Virus record (IMG/VR): IMGVR_UViG_3300037458_001029
Location: 1 to 43,817 of that record
Length of the DNA stretch: 43,817 nucleotides
Direction: 5' to 3' (one strand)
Origin: a virus
Taxonomy: Duplodnaviria; Caudoviricetes
Part shown: one piece after another, positions 33,965-42,164 of the stretch
Layout: each line of letters begins with the position of its first letter
Position numbering within the stretch: the first letter of the stretch is position 1
Program-made: the position numbers and the translations under genes
Notes under the pieces: model-generated
Told to the model about the DNA's origin: nothing
Database searches by the model: none
What the model saw: the letters and a program-made list of their open reading frames with translations, nothing else

Positions 33965-34488
33965 AAAGCCCCAAAGTCACCCCGCCGGTGGGTTACGTCC
34001 TGCCCATCCAGTTGTTCGTCTACGGTACCCTCAAGCGGGGCTTCCACAACCATCACCTGTGCGCCAACGCCAGCGACATTCAGCCGGCTTGGACCTGGGG
34101 GCGGTTGTATCACCTGCGGGCGGGCTTTCCGGCCCTGGAGGTGCCGGACAGCAGCCTGCTGGGGCTCGGGACCGATGACCCGGTGCGGGACGCCCGTCGG
34201 GCCGCACAGGTGCCACCCAACCCCCTCACGCCCGAGGGGGATTGGGATCAGATACAGGGGGAACTGGTGACCATGGCCAATGCCGACCGGGATCTGCCGC
34301 CCATCGACCGGCTGGAGGGGTTCAACCCCCTCAACGGTTGCTACGCCAATCTGTATCTTCGGGTGCTGGTGCCGGTGTGGACCGAGGACGGGGTGGTCCG
34401 TCCGGTCTGGACCTACGACGGGCGCCGGATCACCGCACGCGGGCCACGGTGCAGAAGGAGCTGGCCAGCGCCTTATCCCTCGTCGTGA
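33961..34488 (+). CDS. Gamma-glutamylcyclotransferase (AIG2-like)
   Basis: LFVYGTLKRG..GELV..IDRLEG..Y.R; ATGA coupling. Confidence 0.85.
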   Translation: MKSPKVTPPVGYVLPIQLFVYGTLKRGFHNHHLCANASDIQPAWTWGRLYHLRAGFPALEVPDSSLLGLGTDDPVRDARRAAQVPPNPLTPEGDWDQIQGELVTMANADRDLPPIDRLEGFNPLNGCYANLYLRVLVPVWTEDGVVRPVWTYDGRRITARGPRCRRSWPAPYPSS

Positions 34489-34497
34489 CTGCACACT
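34482..34497 (+). promoter_or_regulatory. Candidate late promoter, copy 4 (leaderless spacing)
   Basis: GTCGTGAC-TG-CACACT, 7 nt, then ATG at 34505. Confidence 0.65.
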
Positions 34498-34504
34498 GGG
34501 GGCC

Positions 34505-35644
34505 ATGCGCCCCCTTCTTGATGTTTCCGCCCTGCCCGAATGCGCCTGCAATCACGGCTTCGAGACGCTGCACAAGGCTATCGCCGAGCAGGTTGACGAA
34601 CCACTGATTTGGCGTCCGCACGAAAACCCCTGGTTGACCGACCTGTGCGAGGCAGTCACCGCCCAGGGGCAAGCCCGCCTGCTGGCGGCGCAAGACGCCC
34701 TCCTCACCGCCCTGGGTATTCAGCCCGGCCCGGCCCTCCTGGCAAAAGGAGCGGACGGCTGGAGCCCGTCGCGGATTGCCGCGACGGTAACCCGGCTGCA
34801 AAAGCCCCTGGAAGCCTATGATCCGGATGACTGGTTGGCGATGGTCGACCTGATCATCCATAGCCACCTGGTCCCCCAGGAACTGCAAGCCATCACCGAC
34901 ACTTTGGTGTGGCGCGCCCAACTGGCCGGGCGCCTGGACGCCGCGCACAGCCAATTCCCCGACCTGGCCCCCCACGAGGCCATGCTGAAGCTGGTCATGC
35001 AGGTGAACCCGACCCGTCATGCCGTTCCGGGGTCCTGGTTCCAGCGCGCCTGGGAATGGGCCAAGACGCGGGTGGCGATCCACGTCGTGCAGTTGACCGA
35101 CAACCTGCGGGCGCGGATTGCCGGGAAGATCATCCGGCACATCGAGACGCACGGCACGGCCCACCGGCAATTGCTGGAGCAGGGCTTGCGGGATGTCTTC
35201 GGCGCGGCCAACCGCGACTGGCGCCGGATCGCCATCACCGAGGCGGGCGAGGCGGCCAATCTGACCTATCTCCAGCAATACCCCGACGGCACGCCCATGG
35301 AACGGGTCGAGGTGTACCAAGGGGCCTGTGCCTTCTGCAAGAAGATTCACGGGATGGTGCTGACCTGGAGCACCGAGCCGCTGGATGAGTCCTTTGGCTG
35401 GACGCACATCTGGCCGGGCAAGGACAACGTCGGACGTTCCGCCAGTCCGCGCAAGATGACCCCCGAGGGCTTGGTGGAGCGCACCGAGTCTGAACTGTAC
35501 TGGCCGGCAGCCGGGCTACAACACCCCCATTGCCGAGGGCGCTGGCTGGCCCGGCCCAAGCCCGACGTGCCGCCCGGGGTGGACCCGGATTTTGCCGCTT
35601 GGGTACAGGCGCAGCTTAAAGCCACTCGCCCGGTTTACCCTTGA
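34505..35644 (+). CDS. MuF/gp7-like minor head protein
   Basis: RDWRRIAITE, CAFC and HPHCRG motifs; between portal and protease; start trimmed from track ORF 34280. Confidence 0.75.
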   Translation: MRPLLDVSALPECACNHGFETLHKAIAEQVDEPLIWRPHENPWLTDLCEAVTAQGQARLLAAQDALLTALGIQPGPALLAKGADGWSPSRIAATVTRLQKPLEAYDPDDWLAMVDLIIHSHLVPQELQAITDTLVWRAQLAGRLDAAHSQFPDLAPHEAMLKLVMQVNPTRHAVPGSWFQRAWEWAKTRVAIHVVQLTDNLRARIAGKIIRHIETHGTAHRQLLEQGLRDVFGAANRDWRRIAITEAGEAANLTYLQQYPDGTPMERVEVYQGACAFCKKIHGMVLTWSTEPLDESFGWTHIWPGKDNVGRSASPRKMTPEGLVERTESELYWPAAGLQHPHCRGRWLARPKPDVPPGVDPDFAAWVQAQLKATRPVYP

Positions 35645-35668
35645 CTCTGAGGTTTGCGGAAACTCTCC

Positions 35669-36214
35669 ATGGCCCAATTGCACACCCTGTTAAAGTCTCT
35701 GCATCACCAGCTTGCGCGTGAGGAGCGCGCCTTCGCCAAGGCCAAGGGCAAAGGCAACTCAATCGACACCCGCATCGAGACCAGAACGCGGCGTGACGGG
35801 GTGGTCCAGGCGTACCACGTCAGCAACGTTGCCAACGCTGACCCTGTCGAAACCGTAACGCAATCGACGCCAGCGCAAAGGAAAATCATAGCAGCGCGCA
35901 TGTCATCCTTACGCCCCATGTCAAACCAGTGGCGAAATCTTGGTTTGGCTGGTGGTGGCGAAGCGTCTATTGTTCAGATGGCCAATGAATACCGCACAGA
36001 GGCCCAAGGCTACGATGCCGCCTATCACCGCCAGCAGGCCGCCCAGCACGCCGCGCAGGACGACGGTATCTATGGCGCCCACCGCCAGGCGGCCCAAGCG
36101 CACGAGCAGGCGGCCCGCCAGATTGAGGGCGGCAGTCATGACGCCGGCTGGCATCACGCCCAGGCGATGGCGGCCAGCGCGCGGGCGGCGGGGCGGCACG
36201 CCAGTTACTTTTAA
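35669..36214 (+). CDS. Hypothetical putative internal head protein
   Basis: LLKS and FAKA motifs, TRRDGVVQAYH, and His/Ala/Gln-rich heptad-like repeats. Confidence 0.55.
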   Translation: MAQLHTLLKSLHHQLAREERAFAKAKGKGNSIDTRIETRTRRDGVVQAYHVSNVANADPVETVTQSTPAQRKIIAARMSSLRPMSNQWRNLGLAGGGEASIVQMANEYRTEAQGYDAAYHRQQAAQHAAQDDGIYGAHRQAAQAHEQAARQIEGGSHDAGWHHAQAMAASARAAGRHASYF

Positions 36215-36250
36215 GCGGGCGGCGTTCCCGAAGTCTTGGCCGGGGGATTT

Positions 36251-36266
36251 GTCGTGACGCCACACT
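36251..36266 (+). promoter_or_regulatory. Candidate late promoter, copy 5 (leaderless spacing)
   Basis: GTCGTGAC-GC-CACACT, 7 nt, then ATG at 36274. Confidence 0.7.
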
Positions 36267-36273
36267 AGGCGTC

Positions 36274-37152
36274 ATGGACAACCCCAGTTACCTGTGTATT
36301 TCCGGCCTGCTGAAAGCGCGCCCTGCCGAAGAGGCGGGGCAGCGTTATCTGTACATGGAGGCCAGCAACGAGGCCCTTGACCTGCAAGGGGAAAAGGTGC
36401 TGGCCAAGTCCCTCGCCGACAGTGCCGCCCATTTCCTGCGGTACGGCAACCTCGATCTCGACCACCGCACCCTCCTGCCCCCGCGTCCGGGGGAAAACCC
36501 CTACCTGTGGGAAATCGGCTACCCCGTCGACGCCCAGATTAGCGACGACGGGCGCACCTTTGTCAAGGCGGTGCTCTATGCCGGCGAGGGCGAGGTGGCG
36601 CGCAACGCCAACCTGGTATGGGACAGCCTGACCGGCACCCACCCTCCGGCCCGCTGGTATCCCTCCGTCGGGGGGCAAATCCTGGAGCGGGCGCAAGACA
36701 TCAACCCCCTGACCAAGGCCGCCACCACCCTGATCACCAAGGTGCGCTGGACCAACATCGGCCTGTCACGCACCCCAGTCAACAACCAGGTGCCGCCGGT
36801 CGCCACGATCCCCGTGAATGTGCTGACCAAGTGCTGCACTGCCGCCGGCCTCGACCTGGCCAAGGCCCTGGCGGCGGGCTACGGCACCGATGCGCTGGCA
36901 CTGACCGATGGCGCGGCCCTGCGCCAGCAATCCCTCGATCCCGTTCCCCAAGCCGTGCTCCCCCGTGGGGGTGAGGCCCAGGCCCAGCCCAACGACACGG
37001 CAGTGCGCGACTACCTGGCCGGCACGGTACGCCCCGAGGCGCTGGCAGCGTCCCTGATGGGCAAATATGGCTTTTCTCACGACCAAGCGCTGGCGCACGT
37101 CAAGCGCTTTCTGCGCGATTTACTGACCGCCCGCAACGGAGTCCCCGTATGA
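36274..37152 (+). CDS. Prohead protease
   Basis: EASNE..DLQGE..GNLDLDH..IGYP..PSVGG..PVN (HK97/SPO1-type His/Ser protease); position in the head module. Confidence 0.8.
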   Translation: MDNPSYLCISGLLKARPAEEAGQRYLYMEASNEALDLQGEKVLAKSLADSAAHFLRYGNLDLDHRTLLPPRPGENPYLWEIGYPVDAQISDDGRTFVKAVLYAGEGEVARNANLVWDSLTGTHPPARWYPSVGGQILERAQDINPLTKAATTLITKVRWTNIGLSRTPVNNQVPPVATIPVNVLTKCCTAAGLDLAKALAAGYGTDALALTDGAALRQQSLDPVPQAVLPRGGEAQAQPNDTAVRDYLAGTVRPEALAASLMGKYGFSHDQALAHVKRFLRDLLTARNGVPV

Positions 37153-37847
37153 GCGAATTTTCTGCATTGATTGATGACCTGAATAGCGTGCTCGCCGCCG
37201 AAGAGGAGACGTTGGCTAAAGCCATGAAGCCCGACGCCGATGACGCCGCCGACGACGCCAAGATCAAGGCTGCCGCCGATGGTGACGCCGACGACGACGG
37301 CGAGTCGGATAGCGAGGATGCCATCGACGATCACGACGAGCCGGATGGTGACGAGGGTGAAGACGGTGAAGGGGATGGCGATGGCGATGAAGCTCCGCTG
37401 ACCAAAGCCTTTAGCGTCACCCTGCCCAACGGTGAGGAGGCTGAAGCGATTGATGGCAACGAATTGATTAAGTCCTTTACCGGACAGCTTCAGGCCCTGC
37501 GTACAGAGCAGGAACAGGCCATGAAGCAAATGGCCGAGGCCCTGTCACGCTCCACCAAGCTCATCAAAAGCTTGCGTGAGCAAAACGAAACCCTGGCCAG
37601 CCGGGTGCGTGTCCTGGGCCAGAGCGGTCGCGGGCGCAAGTCGGCGCTCAACGTGCATGAGCGGCCCATGGTGGGCGACGAGCACCTGAGCAAGGCCGAC
37701 AGCGTCACCCCGATGTCACTGATGGCTAAGGCCCTGACCGCTCAGAAGGCCGGACGCCTGACCGGCACCCAGGTCGCGGAAATTGACGCCTACGTGGCGC
37801 GTGGCCTGTCCATTCCTGAAACCCTGCTCGCCCGTCTTGGCGACTGA
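37149..37847 (+). CDS. Scaffold-like acidic coiled-coil protein
   Basis: Asp/Gly-rich tract and coiled coil between protease and capsid; six [LM]xK[AS] sites. Confidence 0.65.
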   Translation: MSEFSALIDDLNSVLAAEEETLAKAMKPDADDAADDAKIKAAADGDADDDGESDSEDAIDDHDEPDGDEGEDGEGDGDGDEAPLTKAFSVTLPNGEEAEAIDGNELIKSFTGQLQALRTEQEQAMKQMAEALSRSTKLIKSLREQNETLASRVRVLGQSGRGRKSALNVHERPMVGDEHLSKADSVTPMSLMAKALTAQKAGRLTGTQVAEIDAYVARGLSIPETLLARLGD

Positions 37848-37866
37848 TTGATCCCCGGAGTACCTT

Positions 37867-39312
37867 ATGGACCTCTCTCAACTGAACGCCGCCACTCCCA
37901 CGGGTGCCATCACTGGCGAGATGGGTTTTGGCGATCTCAATGCTCTGCGCAAGGCCCTGGAGGCCGGTTACGGCACTGATGTGGCCGCCTTGACCGGCGG
38001 CGGTGCCCTGCGCATCCAATCCCTGGACACTACCCTTCAGGCGACTTTGGCTGACAACAACCACTTCCGCCTGTTCAACGCTCTGTCCAAGACCGACGCA
38101 TCTGCGACCGTCGACGAATGGACCGAGGCCACTGATCAGGGCGGTTTCACCGGCGGTTCCGCCAACGGTGAGCTGGATACTATCAGTCAGGCCCAGGGGG
38201 TCTATGCTCGGCGTGCCGCCTTCGTCAAGTACCTGATGACTCGGTGTGAGGTGTCTTTCGTCCAGACCCTGCAGAATGCCATCGTCCAGGCCGAGGCCCA
38301 GGAAAACCAGATGGGCACCCTGCGCCTGCTGCGCGACGTGGAGCATCTGTGCTTCGAGGGTGATTCGACTGTCGTGCCCTCTGAGTTTGATGGCATTCTG
38401 GCGCAAATGGAAAGCCTGAACAGCGCTGATCATGTACTTGATGCCGAAGCCCAGTCTCTGGCCAGCATCGATCACGTCAACAAGGCTGCTGCCACCATCA
38501 TCGGTTTGGGCAACTTTGGTGTGCCGACCGATCTGTTTATGTCTCCGCTGGTGCAGGCCGACTTCGACACCGGGCTCGACCCGGCCTTCCGTGTCTCCCT
38601 CTCCGGAACCGGCCAGGACATCATGCTCGGCGCCCCGGTCAAGGGCATCCGGACCTCCTGGGGAGATATCCGCGCCAATCCGGACATTTTCATCCGTGAC
38701 GAGGCCCAGCAGACCCCGTTTGCCGTGCGCTACAGCGCCGTTGCCGCTGCCAATGCCGCCAATGTCCCCGACAGCGTGACGGCTGCGATGGCCAGTCATG
38801 CCAGCTCGAAGTTTGGCGCTGCCCATGCTGGCAACTATTACTATGCTGTTGCCGCTGTCAATAAGAACGGCGAGTCCACTCTCGTGAAGTCCTCGCAGAC
38901 GGCTGTGGCGGCTGGCGAGAAGGTTACGCTGACTATTACCTCTGCGACCGGCGGAACCGAAACAGGTTACGCGATTTATCGGTCTGCCAAGAACGGCAGC
39001 AACGGTAACAGCGATTTCCGGCTGGTGAAGCGCATCGCCAAGGAATCGGGTGCCACCACCACGTTTGTCGATTACAACCGCGACATCCCCGGCACCAGCA
39101 AGGCGTATATCCTCAACTTGTCACCGGGGCATCACGCCGTTACCTGGCGTAAGCTGTTGCCGCTGACCAAGTTCGCCCTGTATCCGACCAATGCTGCCGT
39201 GGTGCCCTGGGCGCTGTTGATGTTCGGCTTCCTGCGCATCTCCAAGCGCAACCAGCACGTCGTCATCAAGAACGTTCTGCCCAACGGCGCCATCTGGCGG
39301 CCCTTCGGTTGA
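37867..39312 (+). CDS. Major capsid protein (Herelleviridae-like)
   Basis: K|ALEAGYG..GGALRIQSLD N-arm resembling A511/phage K capsids; A.ATVDEW, F.GDS, EFDGI motifs; 481 aa. Confidence 0.88.
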   Translation: MDLSQLNAATPTGAITGEMGFGDLNALRKALEAGYGTDVAALTGGGALRIQSLDTTLQATLADNNHFRLFNALSKTDASATVDEWTEATDQGGFTGGSANGELDTISQAQGVYARRAAFVKYLMTRCEVSFVQTLQNAIVQAEAQENQMGTLRLLRDVEHLCFEGDSTVVPSEFDGILAQMESLNSADHVLDAEAQSLASIDHVNKAAATIIGLGNFGVPTDLFMSPLVQADFDTGLDPAFRVSLSGTGQDIMLGAPVKGIRTSWGDIRANPDIFIRDEAQQTPFAVRYSAVAAANAANVPDSVTAAMASHASSKFGAAHAGNYYYAVAAVNKNGESTLVKSSQTAVAAGEKVTLTITSATGGTETGYAIYRSAKNGSNGNSDFRLVKRIAKESGATTTFVDYNRDIPGTSKAYILNLSPGHHAVTWRKLLPLTKFALYPTNAAVVPWALLMFGFLRISKRNQHVVIKNVLPNGAIWRPFG

Positions 39313-39322
39313 GCCTGACGCC

Positions 39323-39592
39323 ATGCGTGTAATCTGCACGTTGCCGCACTGCAGTACGCTGATTAACGGTTGGTCTTTCGAGTCCACCCCGATCGGGTGG
39401 GTCTCGGAAGACCTGCCGGTAGACGTGGCGCAGCGGTTTCTGACCATCCCCGGCTATGCCCGCTGGGGAGGGTCAGAGAATGTTCTCGCACCATCGCTGG
39501 CGGCTGTTGATGCTGCGGCCCATCTTCCGTCCCCGAGTGACCTGCCGCGTCCGGTTAGCCGGCGGTCACGTACCCAGAGGAATCCTGTATGA
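39323..39592 (+). CDS. Small hypothetical head-associated protein
   Basis: Directly after the capsid gene; coupled to the next gene. Confidence 0.55.
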   Translation: MRVICTLPHCSTLINGWSFESTPIGWVSEDLPVDVAQRFLTIPGYARWGGSENVLAPSLAAVDAAAHLPSPSDLPRPVSRRSRTQRNPV

Positions 39593-40161
39593 GCATTAGT
39601 CTCAGCCAGATCGACAGCCTGGATCGTTCCATGCCAGCCGCTAAGCGCGCCGGACTGGGGACGAAACTGGCTGACTTGATCGTTCAGTTTAACGCTTTGC
39701 GTCAGTTTGTTTCCGATGTCCATTACACGGGCGGCACGATATTAACGGCTGCCTTTCTGGAAGAGGAAGCCGCGCACAAGTTGGTCGAAACCACGGCTGA
39801 ATTTTCAGCCCTGGTAGAGGGTAAGGTCATCGTGAAGGCTGCCGGTACGAATATGCCGACACTGGCCACCGGCAACCTGGCGACAGGTAAGGCGGCGGCC
39901 TATTACTTCGACATGGATTCGGCGGGCACGATTACCTGTACCAAGACGGCAGACGCCAACACTAAAGCCTTGGCGATTGCCAGTTTGCCGGCGGTGGCCG
40001 TCAATACGGTACGGGTAGGCTATATCGTGGTTGAGAATGGTACGGACGGTAACTTTGTCGGTAATACCACCGATCTCAATGCTGCCGATATCACCGTGAC
40101 GTATGTCAATACGCCAGCCCTCGCTTCCCTGGCCGCGACAGCGGTGGAAACTTTGACGTAA
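39589..40161 (+). CDS. Putative head decoration or virion protein
   Basis: GAGGA RBS; Ala/Thr-rich; last gene before the capsid operon terminator. Confidence 0.6.
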   Translation: MSISLSQIDSLDRSMPAAKRAGLGTKLADLIVQFNALRQFVSDVHYTGGTILTAAFLEEEAAHKLVETTAEFSALVEGKVIVKAAGTNMPTLATGNLATGKAAAYYFDMDSAGTITCTKTADANTKALAIASLPAVAVNTVRVGYIVVENGTDGNFVGNTTDLNAADITVTYVNTPALASLAATAVETLT

Positions 40162-40189
40162 CCCTGCAAGCCGTTTCTCGTCCTACACC

Positions 40190-40215
40190 ATGGCGCCTAC
40201 GGGCGCCATTTTGTT
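40190..40215 (+). terminator. Intrinsic terminator with a C(UACG)G tetraloop
   Basis: ATGGCGCC-TACG-GGCGCCAT-TTTGTT. Confidence 0.8.
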
Positions 40216-40232
40216 AGCGCGGGAAGCGTGCG

Positions 40233-40248
40233 GTCGTGACGGCATACT
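40233..40248 (+). promoter_or_regulatory. Candidate late promoter, copy 6
   Basis: GTCGTGAC-GG-CATACT just after the terminator. Confidence 0.65.
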
Positions 40249-40279
40249 AACGCTAACCAACTCATCCCAGGGAATCGCT

Positions 40280-40720
40280 GTGGCCACTACCAATCCCGTC
40301 TTAAGCCCCTCTTGGTCTGTGCTTGTCATGGCAGGGGATGAATTTTTGTTGACCCTCCTGCCGGATTTTGTCGTGCATCGGGTAGACGTGGCGATCCTTG
40401 ACACCACTGGAATGGATGGTGTGGTGGCCGATCTGACGGCACTCAACAACATCGCTGAGCCAGGCGACGGGGATCGGTACCTAGTGGCAGCTTTGGCGCA
40501 AATCTATGTTTGGGACGCGGATGGTGGTGAAGAAGAAAGTGGCGAATGGGCGGCCATGGAAACATTGGATGAAGCGATTACGGTCGTGGGACACGCTTTA
40601 CTGAGTGATCGCACCGGGAAAGACAGTTTGAATCGGAATCTGGTTGGACCCGGGTATGTGTGCGCGCGCTCACGCAAAGACAGTCTTTTAGTGGCACTGA
40701 CCGCCTGGACCCCGAGTTAG
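40280..40720 (+). CDS. Hypothetical virion protein
   Basis: GTG at 40280 after AGGGA; the track start at 40190 lies inside the terminator. Confidence 0.55.
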   Translation: MATTNPVLSPSWSVLVMAGDEFLLTLLPDFVVHRVDVAILDTTGMDGVVADLTALNNIAEPGDGDRYLVAALAQIYVWDADGGEEESGEWAAMETLDEAITVVGHALLSDRTGKDSLNRNLVGPGYVCARSRKDSLLVALTAWTPS

Positions 40721-40721
40721 C

Positions 40722-40884
40722 GATGGCCGCTCTCACGCGCTTAACCGCCCTGTTGCGATCCTGTCGGTCCTGGTTGGCCAGCACCCCCTATGCTCCTAAT
40801 AAGAGCGCCATGGTGGAATATCGCACGGCGGATGGAATCTACTATCGCACCAATGACGGTGTGTATTACGGTACGGGGGCCTGA
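40722..40884 (+). CDS. Small hypothetical protein (MAALTRLTALL...GVYYGTGA)
   Basis: Fills the gap between neighbours; TGATG coupling; YRTxDGxYY repeat. Confidence 0.4.
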
Positions 40885-41582
40885 TGATGCCAGCTTATAC
40901 CAGTGCAACTATCGCTAATGGCGCCGCCGTTGATGCCGCCCTCGGCAAAGCCCTGACCGCCGTCCAACCTCAGTCTGGTACCGCCACCAAGCTGGGCGGG
41001 GAAAACGACTATTTAGAAATTGACATTGATGGAACTGTCCGCCTGGTAGGTGACGCAACAGTCTGGGACGACCTATTACCAACCACATATATTCAGCTTA
41101 CTGGCCAAGCGGCGCCAAACATTACCCTGGTTGGTAATTCATCGGTATTGCGGGCGCAAGAGTTTGCCAATAGCTCGTCCGCCGAGGAGATGAATGCCGT
41201 CTGGCAGATCGCTCATGCCGCCAAAGTTGGCGCGGCATTTGTACCGCATCTGCACCTCTACGTGCCCGATGACGTAGCGGGGGGCGATATCGTTTTCCAG
41301 ATGATCTATCGTTTCACGCCCATCGACGGCACGGGTGGCGCCGACAGTTCGCCGGTCTACGGTACGCTGACCCGGGCGGCCAACGCGGGTATCAATGGTA
41401 ACGCCATCCTCGCCTTCGCCCCGATCACCCCGACCAACGCGACCATTAGCTCGATGTTTCACGCGCAAGTTAAGCGTGTTCAAGGTGGTGCTGATACATT
41501 CGGTGGCACCTGCTGGCTGCTGAGTGCGGACCTGCACATCGAAAAGAATGACCTCGGATCAAAAGAAGAGTATGCCAAATAA
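40884..41582 (+). CDS. Putative virion fibre or appendage protein
   Basis: Gly/Ala/Thr-rich; VDAALGKALTAVQP; GDATVWDDL; beta-rich C-terminus. Confidence 0.55.
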   Translation: MMPAYTSATIANGAAVDAALGKALTAVQPQSGTATKLGGENDYLEIDIDGTVRLVGDATVWDDLLPTTYIQLTGQAAPNITLVGNSSVLRAQEFANSSSAEEMNAVWQIAHAAKVGAAFVPHLHLYVPDDVAGGDIVFQMIYRFTPIDGTGGADSSPVYGTLTRAANAGINGNAILAFAPITPTNATISSMFHAQVKRVQGGADTFGGTCWLLSADLHIEKNDLGSKEEYAK

Positions 41583-41630
41583 GCTATCGTCTGATTTCCA
41601 TCACCGCTGGCTTGGATCTAGGAGTCCCCA

Positions 41631-42164
41631 ATGAGTGAAACGGCTGAATTAACCGGCTATGCTGATGTAGATGCGGTACTGGCGGCGCTTGATGCTGCTG
41701 GCACGGCGCTCCAGCCGGGTGATATCGAGATAATCGACGCACTCAATAGCACCAGCAGCACCTCAGCTTTATCGGCAAATCAAGGCAAGGCGCTGAATGA
41801 TGCCAAGTTGGCCGCTTCCGGCGGCACCCTAACCAACGTCAAAGAAACCCGTTACGCCGCCACGACTTCCGGTAACGTCACGCTCGATCTGGCCAACGGA
41901 AACCTGCAACGATTCATCCTCGGCGGGAACCATCAATTCACGATGCCCGCTGATCCTGGCGACTTGGGTCAATCCTTCACCCTGATCATCGAGTGCGCTA
42001 CCTATACCCCGACCTGGAATAGCAGCCCCGCGATTAAATGGCTCACCGTAGATAATACCGCACCGACTCTGACCACCACGGCGGACAAGGTGAACGTGCT
42101 GACTTTCATCTGGGACGATACGGATTCCCGCTGGCTGGGCTTTGTGGCGGGGGTTGAACTCTGA
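41631..42164 (+). CDS. Fibre-like protein
   Basis: IIDALNSTSSTSALSANQGKALN tail-fibre repeat; AGGAG RBS. Confidence 0.65.
   Translation: MSETAELTGYADVDAVLAALDAAGTALQPGDIEIIDALNSTSSTSALSANQGKALNDAKLAASGGTLTNVKETRYAATTSGNVTLDLANGNLQRFILGGNHQFTMPADPGDLGQSFTLIIECATYTPTWNSSPAIKWLTVDNTAPTLTTTADKVNVLTFIWDDTDSRWLGFVAGVEL

Noticed and set aside
37726-38826. 366-aa minus-strand ORF
   Set aside because: Antisense shadow of the capsid gene.
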